Below are positions 14,979-23,034 of a stretch of DNA of 23,034 nucleotides, piece after piece. The position numbers and the translations under genes were made by a program. The number at the start of each line of letters is the position of its first letter. Positions within the stretch are counted from its first letter, which is position 1. The DNA comes from an uncultured bacterium (lineage in GTDB: Bacteria > Krumholzibacteriota > Krumholzibacteriia > Krumholzibacteriales > Krumholzibacteriaceae): the NCBI GenBank assembly GCA_965371515.1, contig CBDUYR010000044.1, positions 1 to 23,034 of the forward strand, given 5' to 3'. The notes beneath the pieces were generated by a model. It was not told the origin of the DNA and searched no databases. It saw only the letters and a program-made list of their open reading frames with translations.

Positions 14979-17561
14979 TCAATTTTCGTTTCTTGAGATG
15001 AGATCCTTCAACCCGGAGAGGAACGCGAGGGCCTCAATGGGAGTTAACTGGTCTATATCCAAAGAGTTGAGTCTGTCGCGCAGTTCATCGGACGGATGGA
15101 AGAGGTTCATCTGTCTTTCAACGACGATCGCGTCTGTATCTGGTGCGATAGTGTCTCTTTCCAGCATTTCAAGGATTTTACCGGCCCTGTCTACAACACT
15201 GGACGGAAGTCCGGCAAGTTGCGCTACATGAATACCATAGCTCCTGTCGGTCTTCCCCTCCTCTACATGATACAGAAATACTATCGAATCGCCCCATTCC
15301 TTTACGGCGATCCTGACGTTATGGATCCGGCCGAACCTCGCGGCCAGATCGGTCAGTTCGTGATAATGCGTGGCGAAAAGTGTCTTGGGCCGCCTGCCTT
15401 CATCCTCGACAAGATATTCGGTGACGGCCCATGCGATGCTCAAGCCATCGAGCGTGCTTGTACCGCGGCCTATCTCGTCAAGGAGTACGAGACTTCGCGA
15501 TGTGCAGCCGTGGAGGATTCTCGCCGTTTCGGCCATCTCGACGAGGAAGGTGCTCTGTCCTCTCGCAAGGTTGTCGCTCGAACCGACTCTAGTGAATATC
15601 CGGTCCATTATTCCCATCTCTACCCTCGATGCCGGAACGAAACTGCCCATGTGCGCCATTATTGAGATCAGGGCAGCCTGTCTGATATAAGTCGACTTCC
15701 CTCCCATGTTGGGTCCGGTGATGAAGAGCAACTGTCTCTCGTCAGGCCTGAGAACGAGATCGTTTGGAATGAAGTTCGTTCCGGAAAGGTTCTCTACCAC
15801 GGGGTGCCTGCCTCCCGTGATGACGAGATCCAGCGAATCGTTCATCGACGGCCTGCAGTAATCTCTCTCCAGCGCAAGATCCGCCAGGGACGAGAGGGTG
15901 TCGATACGGGAGACCGCCGCCGCGATCTTCCTCAGGCCTGCACTCTCGGCCGCGATATCCGCGCATATTCCCGCGAATATCTCGCGTTCCATCTCAATCC
16001 TTCGCGATTCCGCCGTGAGGATACTGCTTTCTCTTTCCTTGAGGTCCCCGGTTATGTACCGCTGTGAGTTCACAAGTGTCTGTTTGCCGATGTAATCATC
16101 AGGTACCTTCTCCTGGTGGAGCCTGGACACCTCGATGTAGTAGCCGAAGACCTTGTTGAAGCCGACCTTGAGTGTAGATATTCCTGTCCGCTTCCGTTCC
16201 GTCTCCTGGAGAGAGGCTATCCAGCTCTTGCCCCCTTCCGAATCGTCGATCAGCCTGTCCAGTTCCGGGTCGAAACCGCGGAGGATGAAGCCGCCGTCAC
16301 GCATGTGGGCAGGACAGTCAGGCACGATGCTCTTTTCGATGAGTCCGGCTGCCTCGACGGGAGTGCCCATGTCCGATATAGCTTTCCGTACAGCATCCGC
16401 TTTGATTTCCGTACAGATGCCGGCGACAGCGGGGATCCTTTCGAGTGTGGACGAGAGGGATAGAAGTTCCCTCGGGCCTGCCTTGCCGGTGACTATCCTG
16501 GAGAGTATCCGCTCGGTGTCGGGCATTCCCTCTAGTGCGTCACGCAGCCTTCTCAGGACTGATTTGTTTCCCGAAAACGCCTCTATTGAGTCGAGCCGCT
16601 CATCGATAACGCGCACGTCCCTCGAGGGCCTCATCAGCCATTTGCGCAGCTCTCTGCCGCCGCCGGCCGTCTTTGTCCTGTCTATGTGGTGGACCAGTGT
16701 CGTCTCGTCTGTATTGCCGCGAAGAGGTTCGAATATCTCGAGGTTTCTCAGAGTCTCCCGGTCGAGAAAGAGTGTGTCACGGGAGACGATGCGCCTGATG
16801 GCAGTCACATGTTCCAGACCGCTTCTGCGTAGCTGCTTGACGTATCCAAGCAGGGCCCCGGCCGCCGACAGTGCCAGAGAATTCTCTTCGAGACCGAAGC
16901 ACGTAAACTCTGGAACACCGAAGTGGCCTGTGAGCAATCGGCGAGCTTCTCCTTCCCCGAATTCAAAAGGTGCTTGAGTGTCAATAGGGCATCCTGGAAA
17001 AAGTCCAAGGGTGAACTCAGCCGATCCGGTCGAACCTTCCGGGACAATCGCTTCCCGCACAGGGATGCCGGCGATCATGCTTTCGACAGATTCCGGCCCG
17101 TCCTCGCCAGCACTGAACTCTCCTGTGGAGAGATCCATGAAGGCGAAGCCCACCCCGGCATCGTCCGACTTGATGGAAAGGATGAAGTTGTTCGCATTGT
17201 CGGAAAGCGTGGCCGGTGATAGGGATGTTCCGGGAGTGATTACGTCTGTAACCTGCCTGCGGACGATCTTTTTACCATCAACGGGTTTTTCGACCTGGTC
17301 GCAGACCACGACCTTCTTTCCCGCCTCGAGAAGACGGCTTATATATGCATCTGCGGCATGAACCGGGACTCCCGCCAGCGGAACCGGATTCTTCTTGTCC
17401 CGTGATGTAAGGGCGATGTTGAGGATACGCGAGACCTCGCGTGCGTCGTCGTAGAATGTCTCGTAGAAATCTCCGACCTGGAAGAAGAGGATGCCGTCGC
17501 TGTAACGGTCCTTTATCTCCCGGTACTGGGACATGAGAGGTGTGAGCCTGGACGAAGACAT
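14979..17561 (-). CDS. mutS: DNA mismatch repair protein MutS
   Basis: TPLMSQY, GDFYETF, ITGPNMGGKSTY, DRIFTRVGSSD, STFLVEM, LLDEIGRGTST, FATHYHEL, SYGIHVAQLAG; C-terminal clamp motif QMNLF. Confidence 0.98.
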   Translation of the reverse strand: MSSSRLTPLMSQYREIKDRYSDGILFFQVGDFYETFYDDAREVSRILNIALTSRDKKNPVPLAGVPVHAADAYISRLLEAGKKVVVCDQVEKPVDGKKIVRRQVTDVITPGTSLSPATLSDNANNFILSIKSDDAGVGFAFMDLSTGEFSAGEDGPESVESMIAGIPVREAIVPEGSTGSAEFTLGLFPGCPIDTQAPFEFGEGEARRLLTGHFGVPEFTCFGLEENSLALSAAGALLGYVKQLRRSGLEHVTAIRRIVSRDTLFLDRETLRNLEIFEPLRGNTDETTLVHHIDRTKTAGGGRELRKWLMRPSRDVRVIDERLDSIEAFSGNKSVLRRLRDALEGMPDTERILSRIVTGKAGPRELLSLSSTLERIPAVAGICTEIKADAVRKAISDMGTPVEAAGLIEKSIVPDCPAHMRDGGFILRGFDPELDRLIDDSEGGKSWIASLQETERKRTGISTLKVGFNKVFGYYIEVSRLHQEKVPDDYIGKQTLVNSQRYITGDLKERESSILTAESRRIEMEREIFAGICADIAAESAGLRKIAAAVSRIDTLSSLADLALERDYCRPSMNDSLDLVITGGRHPVVENLSGTNFIPNDLVLRPDERQLLFITGPNMGGKSTYIRQAALISIMAHMGSFVPASRVEMGIMDRIFTRVGSSDNLARGQSTFLVEMAETARILHGCTSRSLVLLDEIGRGTSTLDGLSIAWAVTEYLVEDEGRRPKTLFATHYHELTDLAARFGRIHNVRIAVKEWGDSIVFLYHVEEGKTDRSYGIHVAQLAGLPSSVVDRAGKILEMLERDTIAPDTDAIVVERQMNLFHPSDELRDRLNSLDIDQLTPIEALAFLSGLKDLISRNEN

Positions 17562-18623
17562 CTATTCGACAGGGAGGACCTTGCTCGAATAGCCGGTACG
17601 TTCCATGACTTTGAGAGCAGCCTCTTCGGCTTCCTCACGGGTATCGAATCTGCCGGCACGTACGCGGTACCAGAGTCGTTCTCCAATCTCGGCTACCTCT
17701 ATGTGCAGATCGTCTATCATGGATCCGAGATCGGAGATAAACGCATGGGCGTTCCCCCTCTCGCTGAAAGCCCCGAACTGAAGCGTGTATCCGGGAGATA
17801 CGTCTGCTTGTGATGACGTTCCCCGGAAGTGAGTCTCTCCCTCTTCACCTCCCTCCCCGCTTCTTTCAGGTCTGGGACGTTTCAGCGCGGAATCGATCAT
17901 CTGGACCTTTTCCCTGGCCTTCGGCGCCTCCGGTGACCCGGGGAAATTCCTCAATACGTTCCTGTATGTCTGAAGGGCTTTTTCCCTCTCTCCGGTCATC
18001 TCGTAACATTCGCCCAGGCGAAAACCAGCAATAGGGCTTGAGTGACCAGCCGCGATAGTCTCGTACCTTTCAATCGCATCGCCGATTCTGCCGGAGCGGA
18101 TGTCTATCTCGGCGAGGGCAATGTAACTCCAGTGAAGGTAGTCGCCCCTGTCGATCCTCTCGAAATCACTTCTTGCGCCTTCGAGATCGTCCAGCTGCTT
18201 TCTCGCCAACCCTCTGAAATAGACGGCCTCGTATTTGGCGCTCCCCCTTCCCTCAGCCCTTATGCCTTTGAGGAGCGTGATGGTCTTGTGATATTCTCCT
18301 GTTGCGTAACTGAGTTTGGCGAGTTCGACGCGGGCTCTCAATGCCTCCCTGTCATCGCCGGTGTTGATGACATCCTCAAGCATGACGCTCGCCCCGTAAG
18401 TATCTGTTCTCAGATCGGCCAGCATCAGCCTTGCCTGGTCTCGTGTCCTGCCACGCATGCCAGGAAACTCCTCCCGAAGTTTCTCCTCGGCTTTCCTGTA
18501 TTCCTTGGTGTTGAACAGGCCGCGGATAGTCCTCAGACCGGCGGTACCGGCGTCTGCCGGCAAAAGCGCAGGAAAGGCCGCAGCGACGGCCGCGATTATA
18601 ACTGCCTTACAGAGTGGTCTCAT
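17562..18623 (-). CDS. Exported TPR-repeat protein with a C-terminal SPOR domain
   Basis: Signal-like N-terminus (MRPLCKAVIIAAVAAAF), several TPR-like helical pairs ending in YRNVLRNFPGSPEAPKA, a polar linker, then SPOR (YTLQFGAFS...WYRVRAGRFDTREEAE). Start taken at ATG 18623. Confidence 0.82.
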   Translation of the reverse strand: MRPLCKAVIIAAVAAAFPALLPADAGTAGLRTIRGLFNTKEYRKAEEKLREEFPGMRGRTRDQARLMLADLRTDTYGASVMLEDVINTGDDREALRARVELAKLSYATGEYHKTITLLKGIRAEGRGSAKYEAVYFRGLARKQLDDLEGARSDFERIDRGDYLHWSYIALAEIDIRSGRIGDAIERYETIAAGHSSPIAGFRLGECYEMTGEREKALQTYRNVLRNFPGSPEAPKAREKVQMIDSALKRPRPERSGEGGEEGETHFRGTSSQADVSPGYTLQFGAFSERGNAHAFISDLGSMIDDLHIEVAEIGERLWYRVRAGRFDTREEAEEAALKVMERTGYSSKVLPVE

Positions 18624-19764
18624 CTTTTTGAATGGAATCAAAACTGCAGCAAGCCCTGCAGAATCCAAGGTCTGTTACGTAAGTCTCCCCGCAACTGCCG
18701 CATTTCCAGCTGTTCGAGATTGCCGGAATCCTGTCGTTCTCCTCGAGCACGCTTAGAGCTTCATCGGTTCTACCGTTCTTGATATACAGAGACGCCAGAC
18801 AAACTCCCAGATTGTTGTCGCCTGCTATCCTTCCTCTCTCGCTTTCGAGCAGGTCGATACCGCGTGATATCTCACCCTTCTTTGCGTAAAATCCTGCGAG
18901 GGAGGCGAGAAGCGGAGAATCGGTCGGATATTTAGCGAGCAACCTTGACAGAATGCCCTCGAGCTCGTCGAACCTTCCCGATTCAAAGAGAGCCTTCTCC
19001 AGCCTTGTCACGACTTCGGAGAAATAGCTCATGTCGATCAAGAGCAGCGCTTCCCAGCTCCTTGACGCCTTGTCGAGGTCTCCCTTGTCCATAGCAAGGC
19101 CGGCACTGAGATAAAGTGCGCCTGTACAGGTCCCGTCCTCCTTCATCGCCCTTTCGAGATATTTCCCCGATCCTTCACTGTCGCCCGACTCGATAAGGGC
19201 GCAGGCCACCGATGTCAGGTAGGACGCTCTCATGCGGGGAGTGACTGAATCATCGATGCGGGACAGTTCTCGGAGGGCGCCGTAGGACCTATCGAACTTC
19301 CCTTGTATATGGTAGAGACGTTGCAGGGCGGCCAGCACTGCGACGTCCCTTTTCTTTTTCCTCACCGTTTCGAGAGCGGCCACGGCACGCTCTGTCTTTC
19401 CCAGTGCAGCGAGATCTTCCGCTATGGAGAGCTGAATGGCTTTTTCGTCATCAAAGTTCAATCCGGGTCTGACAGTAAGCCCCCTGTGCAGCTGGAGGGC
19501 TTTTTCGGCCTGGCCCCTCTCACGCATCAGGTCGCCGAGCTGTATGTAGGCGTCTACATCGTCCTCGCCATTTCGGACCGCTGACGTCAGAAGAGTGTAT
19601 GCGTCGTCCTTCCTTCCGTCGATCAAGGCGTAGAGAGCCTCGATATAGCTGCTCCGTCTGGCTCTGCCACGCTTTTTCCTCTGCAGGAGGATAATCGCGG
19701 AAAGCAGCACGACGGCGAAGGCAAGTGCTCCAATTACTATCATTCTGATATTAACGGCATCCAT
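18607..19764 (-). CDS. lapB: Lipopolysaccharide assembly protein B-like (TM, TPRs, rubredoxin-type Cys4)
   Basis: N-terminal TM helix, AYIQLGDLMRERGQAEKALQLHRGL, TPR repeats, C-terminal CGSCG...CRAC; follows a LapA-like gene. Confidence 0.8.
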   Translation of the reverse strand: MDAVNIRMIVIGALAFAVVLLSAIILLQRKKRGRARRSSYIEALYALIDGRKDDAYTLLTSAVRNGEDDVDAYIQLGDLMRERGQAEKALQLHRGLTVRPGLNFDDEKAIQLSIAEDLAALGKTERAVAALETVRKKKRDVAVLAALQRLYHIQGKFDRSYGALRELSRIDDSVTPRMRASYLTSVACALIESGDSEGSGKYLERAMKEDGTCTGALYLSAGLAMDKGDLDKASRSWEALLLIDMSYFSEVVTRLEKALFESGRFDELEGILSRLLAKYPTDSPLLASLAGFYAKKGEISRGIDLLESERGRIAGDNNLGVCLASLYIKNGRTDEALSVLEENDRIPAISNSWKCGSCGETYVTDLGFCRACCSFDSIQKDETTL

Positions 19765-19781
19765 ACTCTATCACGCATCCG

Positions 19782-20105
19782 TCAGGGCATGTCCTCCGGC
19801 AGTATCTCTTCTGACTCTTCCTCAAGAGGCAGGTTCCGAAGTGCCTCGAGCTCATCCTGCAGCTTACGGCAGCCCTTCTTCTCCCTGCTGACACGGAGGA
19901 GGAGCTGGGCTTCCCTGATCCAGGAACCGATTGCCCATATGAGCATTCCGGCGATAAACGTTACGACCAGGATCACGTTGAGCTGAAGGTTATAATAGGT
20001 CCAGTTGAAGAAACGAAAGGTCACTTTCGTTCCGGCGTTGAGCGTTCCCAGCCACACGAGACCGATAACGCCGAGAAGGAGTATGATTCCTCTTATGATC
20101 CACAC
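19782..20105 (-). CDS. lapA: LapA-like small membrane protein
   Basis: TM helix, N-x3-V-x-F-x-FF loop, second TM, then a coiled coil (KLQDELEALRNLPLEE); directly upstream of lapB. Confidence 0.75.
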   Translation of the reverse strand: MWIIRGIILLLGVIGLVWLGTLNAGTKVTFRFFNWTYYNLQLNVILVVTFIAGMLIWAIGSWIREAQLLLRVSREKKGCRKLQDELEALRNLPLEEESEEILPEDMP

Positions 20106-20110
20106 GCCAG

Positions 20111-21415
20111 TTACCTCCCAGTGCTCTCTTTTCCGATAAAAGTAAAGTTTCTAAGCTCCCTCAGAACCACGCTTACAGTATCACCCGGATTCAGGTTTTC
20201 CGATTCGACGAGCACGTTCCTGAAATGCGGAGTTCTTCCTTTCAGGAATTGATATTCTCCCTTTTTAACTCGAGCGTCAAGGAGGATTTCCTCGACCGAT
20301 CCGATGCGGGCAGCCATGATCTCTCTCCTTACTCGCTGTATGGCCGTATTGAGGGTACCGAGCCTCGACTTCTTCGCCTCGACGGGCACGTCGTCTGCGA
20401 GATCTGATGCCTTTGTCCCATCTCTCGGGGAGTACTTGAATGTGAAAGCCGAGTCGAACCTCACCTTCTCAACGACATCGAGTGTCTCCTCGAACTCCTT
20501 ATCCGATTCTCCCGGAAATCCCACGATCACGTCGGTGGTGAAAGCAATATCGGGGCAGATCGCCCTCGCCCTCTCGATGATTTCGAGATATCCTGACCTC
20601 GTGTATCCCCTGTTCATCATGGAGAGGATCCGGTCACTCCCCGCCTGAAACGGCAGGTGTATGTGCGGACACACCCTGTCAGTTTTCGCCATAAGGGTGA
20701 ATATCCCGTCGTCGACATCTCTGGGATGCGTAGTGAGGAATCGAATCCTTTCTATATGCGAATTTTCGAGTATTCTGGCGAGAAGCTCGACAAATCCGTA
20801 ATTACCTGAACGATAGGCCATCACGTTCTGGCCGAGAAGCGTGACCTCTTTAACTCCAGATGCTTCAAGAAGTCCGAGGTCCTCGATTACGGCGTCGACG
20901 TCCTTGCTCCGGACAGTCCCCCTGACGTAGGGCACGATGCAGTAAGAGCAGTAGTTCTCGCAGCCTCGAGTTATGGAAAGATAACGGGAAGGCGAAGAGC
21001 CCGAAACACTCCGCAGCCTGTAAGTGACAGAGCCGTCCTTCTCGACCATGACCTTTCGAACATCTCCGGATATGGCCGCTGAAATGGCGGAAGGCAGCGC
21101 CTCATAGTTGTCCGGCCCTGCTACGATATCGAGTGCCGGCACGAGTTCGAAGAGCCTTTCGCCGAGCCTCTGCGCCATGCAGCCGCAGACTGCCAGTACT
21201 GCACCTTTATGCCTGGAGAGGTCGTTGAGCCTGCCTATCGCCCTCCTCTCGGCATTCTCCCTGACGCTGCAGGTGTTGACGAGGATGGCGTCAGCTTCCG
21301 ACGGATCCTGCAATATCCCGAACCCCTCGTCCTCGAGCATCGATTCGAGTATTTCAGAATCGAATGCGTTCATCTGGCAACCGAAGCACTCGAGATAGAC
21401 ATTGTACGGGCTCAT
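20111..21415 (-). CDS. miaB: tRNA-2-methylthio-N6-dimethylallyladenosine synthase
   Basis: FGCQMNAFDSE, NTCSVRENAE, GCMAQRLG, GCENYCSYCIVPYVRG, LLGQNV, RIRFLTTHP, FTFKYSPRDGT, TRAM-like tail. Confidence 0.92.
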   Translation of the reverse strand: MSPYNVYLECFGCQMNAFDSEILESMLEDEGFGILQDPSEADAILVNTCSVRENAERRAIGRLNDLSRHKGAVLAVCGCMAQRLGERLFELVPALDIVAGPDNYEALPSAISAAISGDVRKVMVEKDGSVTYRLRSVSGSSPSRYLSITRGCENYCSYCIVPYVRGTVRSKDVDAVIEDLGLLEASGVKEVTLLGQNVMAYRSGNYGFVELLARILENSHIERIRFLTTHPRDVDDGIFTLMAKTDRVCPHIHLPFQAGSDRILSMMNRGYTRSGYLEIIERARAICPDIAFTTDVIVGFPGESDKEFEETLDVVEKVRFDSAFTFKYSPRDGTKASDLADDVPVEAKKSRLGTLNTAIQRVRREIMAARIGSVEEILLDARVKKGEYQFLKGRTPHFRNVLVESENLNPGDTVSVVLRELRNFTFIGKESTGR

Positions 21416-22725
21416 GATCCGATCCTTCCGTACAGCCTGCCCCTCGAATAATGAGTGATGTCGACAGGCACGAGTTTTCCATCGAGCGACGAAGGACAGT
21501 CGACGCTCACTTCGCAGTAGTTGCCTGTCAAAGCGGTTGAGAAACGCGAGTAGCGTCTTGCCTTTCCCTGGATCACGGCGAGTTCGCGGCTTCCCGGACG
21601 CGATCTCATGAATTCCCTCTTCTTTGATTTTCCAAGTCTGATCAGCTTCCTGCTGCGGCGTTTCCGGATATCCGGATCGACCTGGCCGTCCATCGTCTCT
21701 GCCGGGGTTTCCGGACGCCTCGAGTACGAGAATACATGAAAGTAGGTCAGCGGAAGCGATCGAGCGAAATCGAACGTTCTCCTGAAACTGGCTTCGTCCT
21801 CTCCCGGGAATCCGGTTATTATATCGGTACCTATGCTGATGCCGGTGGAGAGTTCTCTGACAGCCTCGATCCTTTCCCTGAAAAATGATGTGTCGTAAGG
21901 TCTTTTCATCGCGTCGAGGATGATATCGTCCCCGCTCTGCATGGGTATGTGAAGATGCGGCGCCAGCCTGTCAGTCACGGATATAAGGCGGAGAAGCCTG
22001 TCCGTCACCTCGTTCACCTCAATGCTGCTGAGCCTTATCCTCAGATTGCGCGTCTCAGTCAGGATCGACTCCACCAGGCCGTCGAGCGGCGGCCCGTCAT
22101 CGATGTCTTTTCCGTACCTTCCGATGTGGATCCCGGTAAGGACTATCTCCTCGATGCCGTTTTTTTCGAGCTTCTTTACCTGCCTGATAACGCGCTCGAA
22201 CGGGACGCTCCGGCTCCGTCCCCTGGCCCTGGGAATGATGCAGTAAGTGCATGATGCATCGCATCCCTCCTGAATCTTGATAAACGCCCTCGAATGCTCG
22301 TGAAACTCCGCTATATCATAGCTTTCGGATCCTTCGAAAGGCGGGCCGGGGAAATTCACGCCTGCCAGGTCCTCGAGGATGCATACGATCGAATCCTTGT
22401 CGTCGTTTCCGATGACAAGATCGGTCTCGGCCATCTTCTCGAGGCTCTCGGCCTGGGTCTCGGCATAGCAGCCAGTAACGATGATGGTCGATTCAGGAGC
22501 GGCCTTTCTGGCCCTTCGGACGGCGTTCCTGCACCGGGAGTCAGTCTTGCCTGTCACGGTACAGGTATTGATGATGTAGTAATCCGCATTTTCGCCGAAT
22601 GTCCTGAATTCCCAGTCCCTTCCGACGAGGGCCTGCCGTATGCATTCCGATTCGTACTGGTTCAGCTTGCAGCCAAGTGTAGTGATCGAGAATGTCGGTC
22701 TTGCTTCTTCACCGCTTGTTTTCAA
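21412..22725 (-). CDS. mtaB: tRNA threonylcarbamoyladenosine methylthiotransferase
   Basis: TLGCKLNQYES, NTCTVT, TGCYA, KIQEGCDASCTYCIIP, VLTGIHIG, RIRLSSIE, HVFSYSRRPET; TTG start; ATGA overlap with miaB. Confidence 0.92.
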   Translation of the reverse strand: MKTSGEEARPTFSITTLGCKLNQYESECIRQALVGRDWEFRTFGENADYYIINTCTVTGKTDSRCRNAVRRARKAAPESTIIVTGCYAETQAESLEKMAETDLVIGNDDKDSIVCILEDLAGVNFPGPPFEGSESYDIAEFHEHSRAFIKIQEGCDASCTYCIIPRARGRSRSVPFERVIRQVKKLEKNGIEEIVLTGIHIGRYGKDIDDGPPLDGLVESILTETRNLRIRLSSIEVNEVTDRLLRLISVTDRLAPHLHIPMQSGDDIILDAMKRPYDTSFFRERIEAVRELSTGISIGTDIITGFPGEDEASFRRTFDFARSLPLTYFHVFSYSRRPETPAETMDGQVDPDIRKRRSRKLIRLGKSKKREFMRSRPGSRELAVIQGKARRYSRFSTALTGNYCEVSVDCPSSLDGKLVPVDITHYSRGRLYGRIGS

Positions 22726-22753
22726 TAATTGTCTCCGTTTCCGTGAGACTGAT

Positions 22754-22786
22754 AAAGAAATGAGGGTGGAACACCACCCTCACTTC
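22754..22786 (-). terminator. Intrinsic terminator upstream of mtaB
   Basis: Perfect 9-bp stem TGAGGGTGG/CCACCCTCA with a 4-nt loop, followed by TTTCTTT on the minus strand. Confidence 0.7.
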
Positions 22787-22818
22787 CGTTCATCAAACTG
22801 CATAGATAGTCAGGGTGA

Positions 22819-23034
22819 CTATTCGGTCCCCTTTTTATCTTCAGGCTCTTCCGCCGCCTCCTGCTTCTCCTCGACCGGGGCTTCCGGCTCGTCGGATACA
22901 GGCTCAGCGGGGGGTGCCTCGACAGCAGGCTCTTCTACTACTTCCTCGGCCACGACCTCGACATCTTCAGGTTTGTCATCGTCGTCCGAGTCCGTAACGG
23001 GCAGCGCTTCATCTGCTGCCGGCTCAGTCTTAGC
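22819..23034 (-). CDS. Partial CDS (3' end): acidic Glu/Asp/Pro/Ala-rich C-terminal tail of an unidentified protein
   Basis: Open frame from the window edge reading AKTEPAADEALPVTDSDDDDKPEDVEVVAEEVVEEPAVEAPPAEPVSDEPEAPVEEKQEAAEEPEDKKGTE, stop TAG at 22821-22819, then a terminator. Absent from the ORF track because it has no start in the window. Confidence 0.75.
   Translation of the reverse strand, partial: AKTEPAADEALPVTDSDDDDKPEDVEVVAEEVVEEPAVEAPPAEPVSDEPEAPVEEKQEAAEEPEDKKGTE

Noticed and set aside
9720..22725. miaA, miaB, mtaB and the local tRNAs as an enzyme-substrate module
   Set aside because: MiaA/MiaB act on A36-A37 tRNAs reading UNN codons, and none of the four tRNAs here qualifies; the co-location looks like ordinary housekeeping clustering.
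427..22997. Many plus-strand ORFs, some long (3666-4475, 6992-7816, 16153-16977, 18042-18782)
   Set aside because: All are antisense shadows of well-supported minus-strand genes, with no recognisable motifs.
1..23034. CRISPR array, IS, prophage, toxin-antitoxin or defence system
   Set aside because: No spaced repeats, transposase, integrase or orphan gene cluster is seen; intergenic gaps are short and occupied by tRNAs, promoters or terminators.

Overview
A 23-kb core-genome segment of a diderm bacterium (inferred from lapA/lapB and SPOR/TPR genes). Every credible gene lies on the minus strand. In transcription order (right to left): acidic C-terminal tail of a gene running off the window, terminator, mtaB, miaB, lapA, lapB, TPR-SPOR protein, mutS, a Rossmann-like/multi-GAF/degenerate-GGDEF protein, mutL, miaA, tRNA-Gly(CCC), DUF512 FeS protein, der, plsY, gpsA, MerR-type HTH, tRNA-Pro(GGG), GT2 glycosyltransferase, surE, pcm, small multidrug export-like membrane protein, tRNA-Pro(CGG), M23 lipoprotein, RpoS-like sigma factor, apt, tRNA-Arg(CCT). 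I see no mobile element, CRISPR array, integrase or defence locus, and most of the window is ordinary housekeeping. The best candidate for new biology is the ~760-aa protein that splits mutS from mutL: its GGDEF active site is destroyed but the RxxD I-site is kept, suggesting a c-di-GMP receptor. Also worth a look are a structured mutL 5' leader, an RpoS-like sigma with a remodelled region 3 in a rearranged surE-pcm-nlpD-rpoS block, and the DUF512 gene coupled to der-plsY-gpsA. All calls come from motif recognition by eye; no database searches were run.
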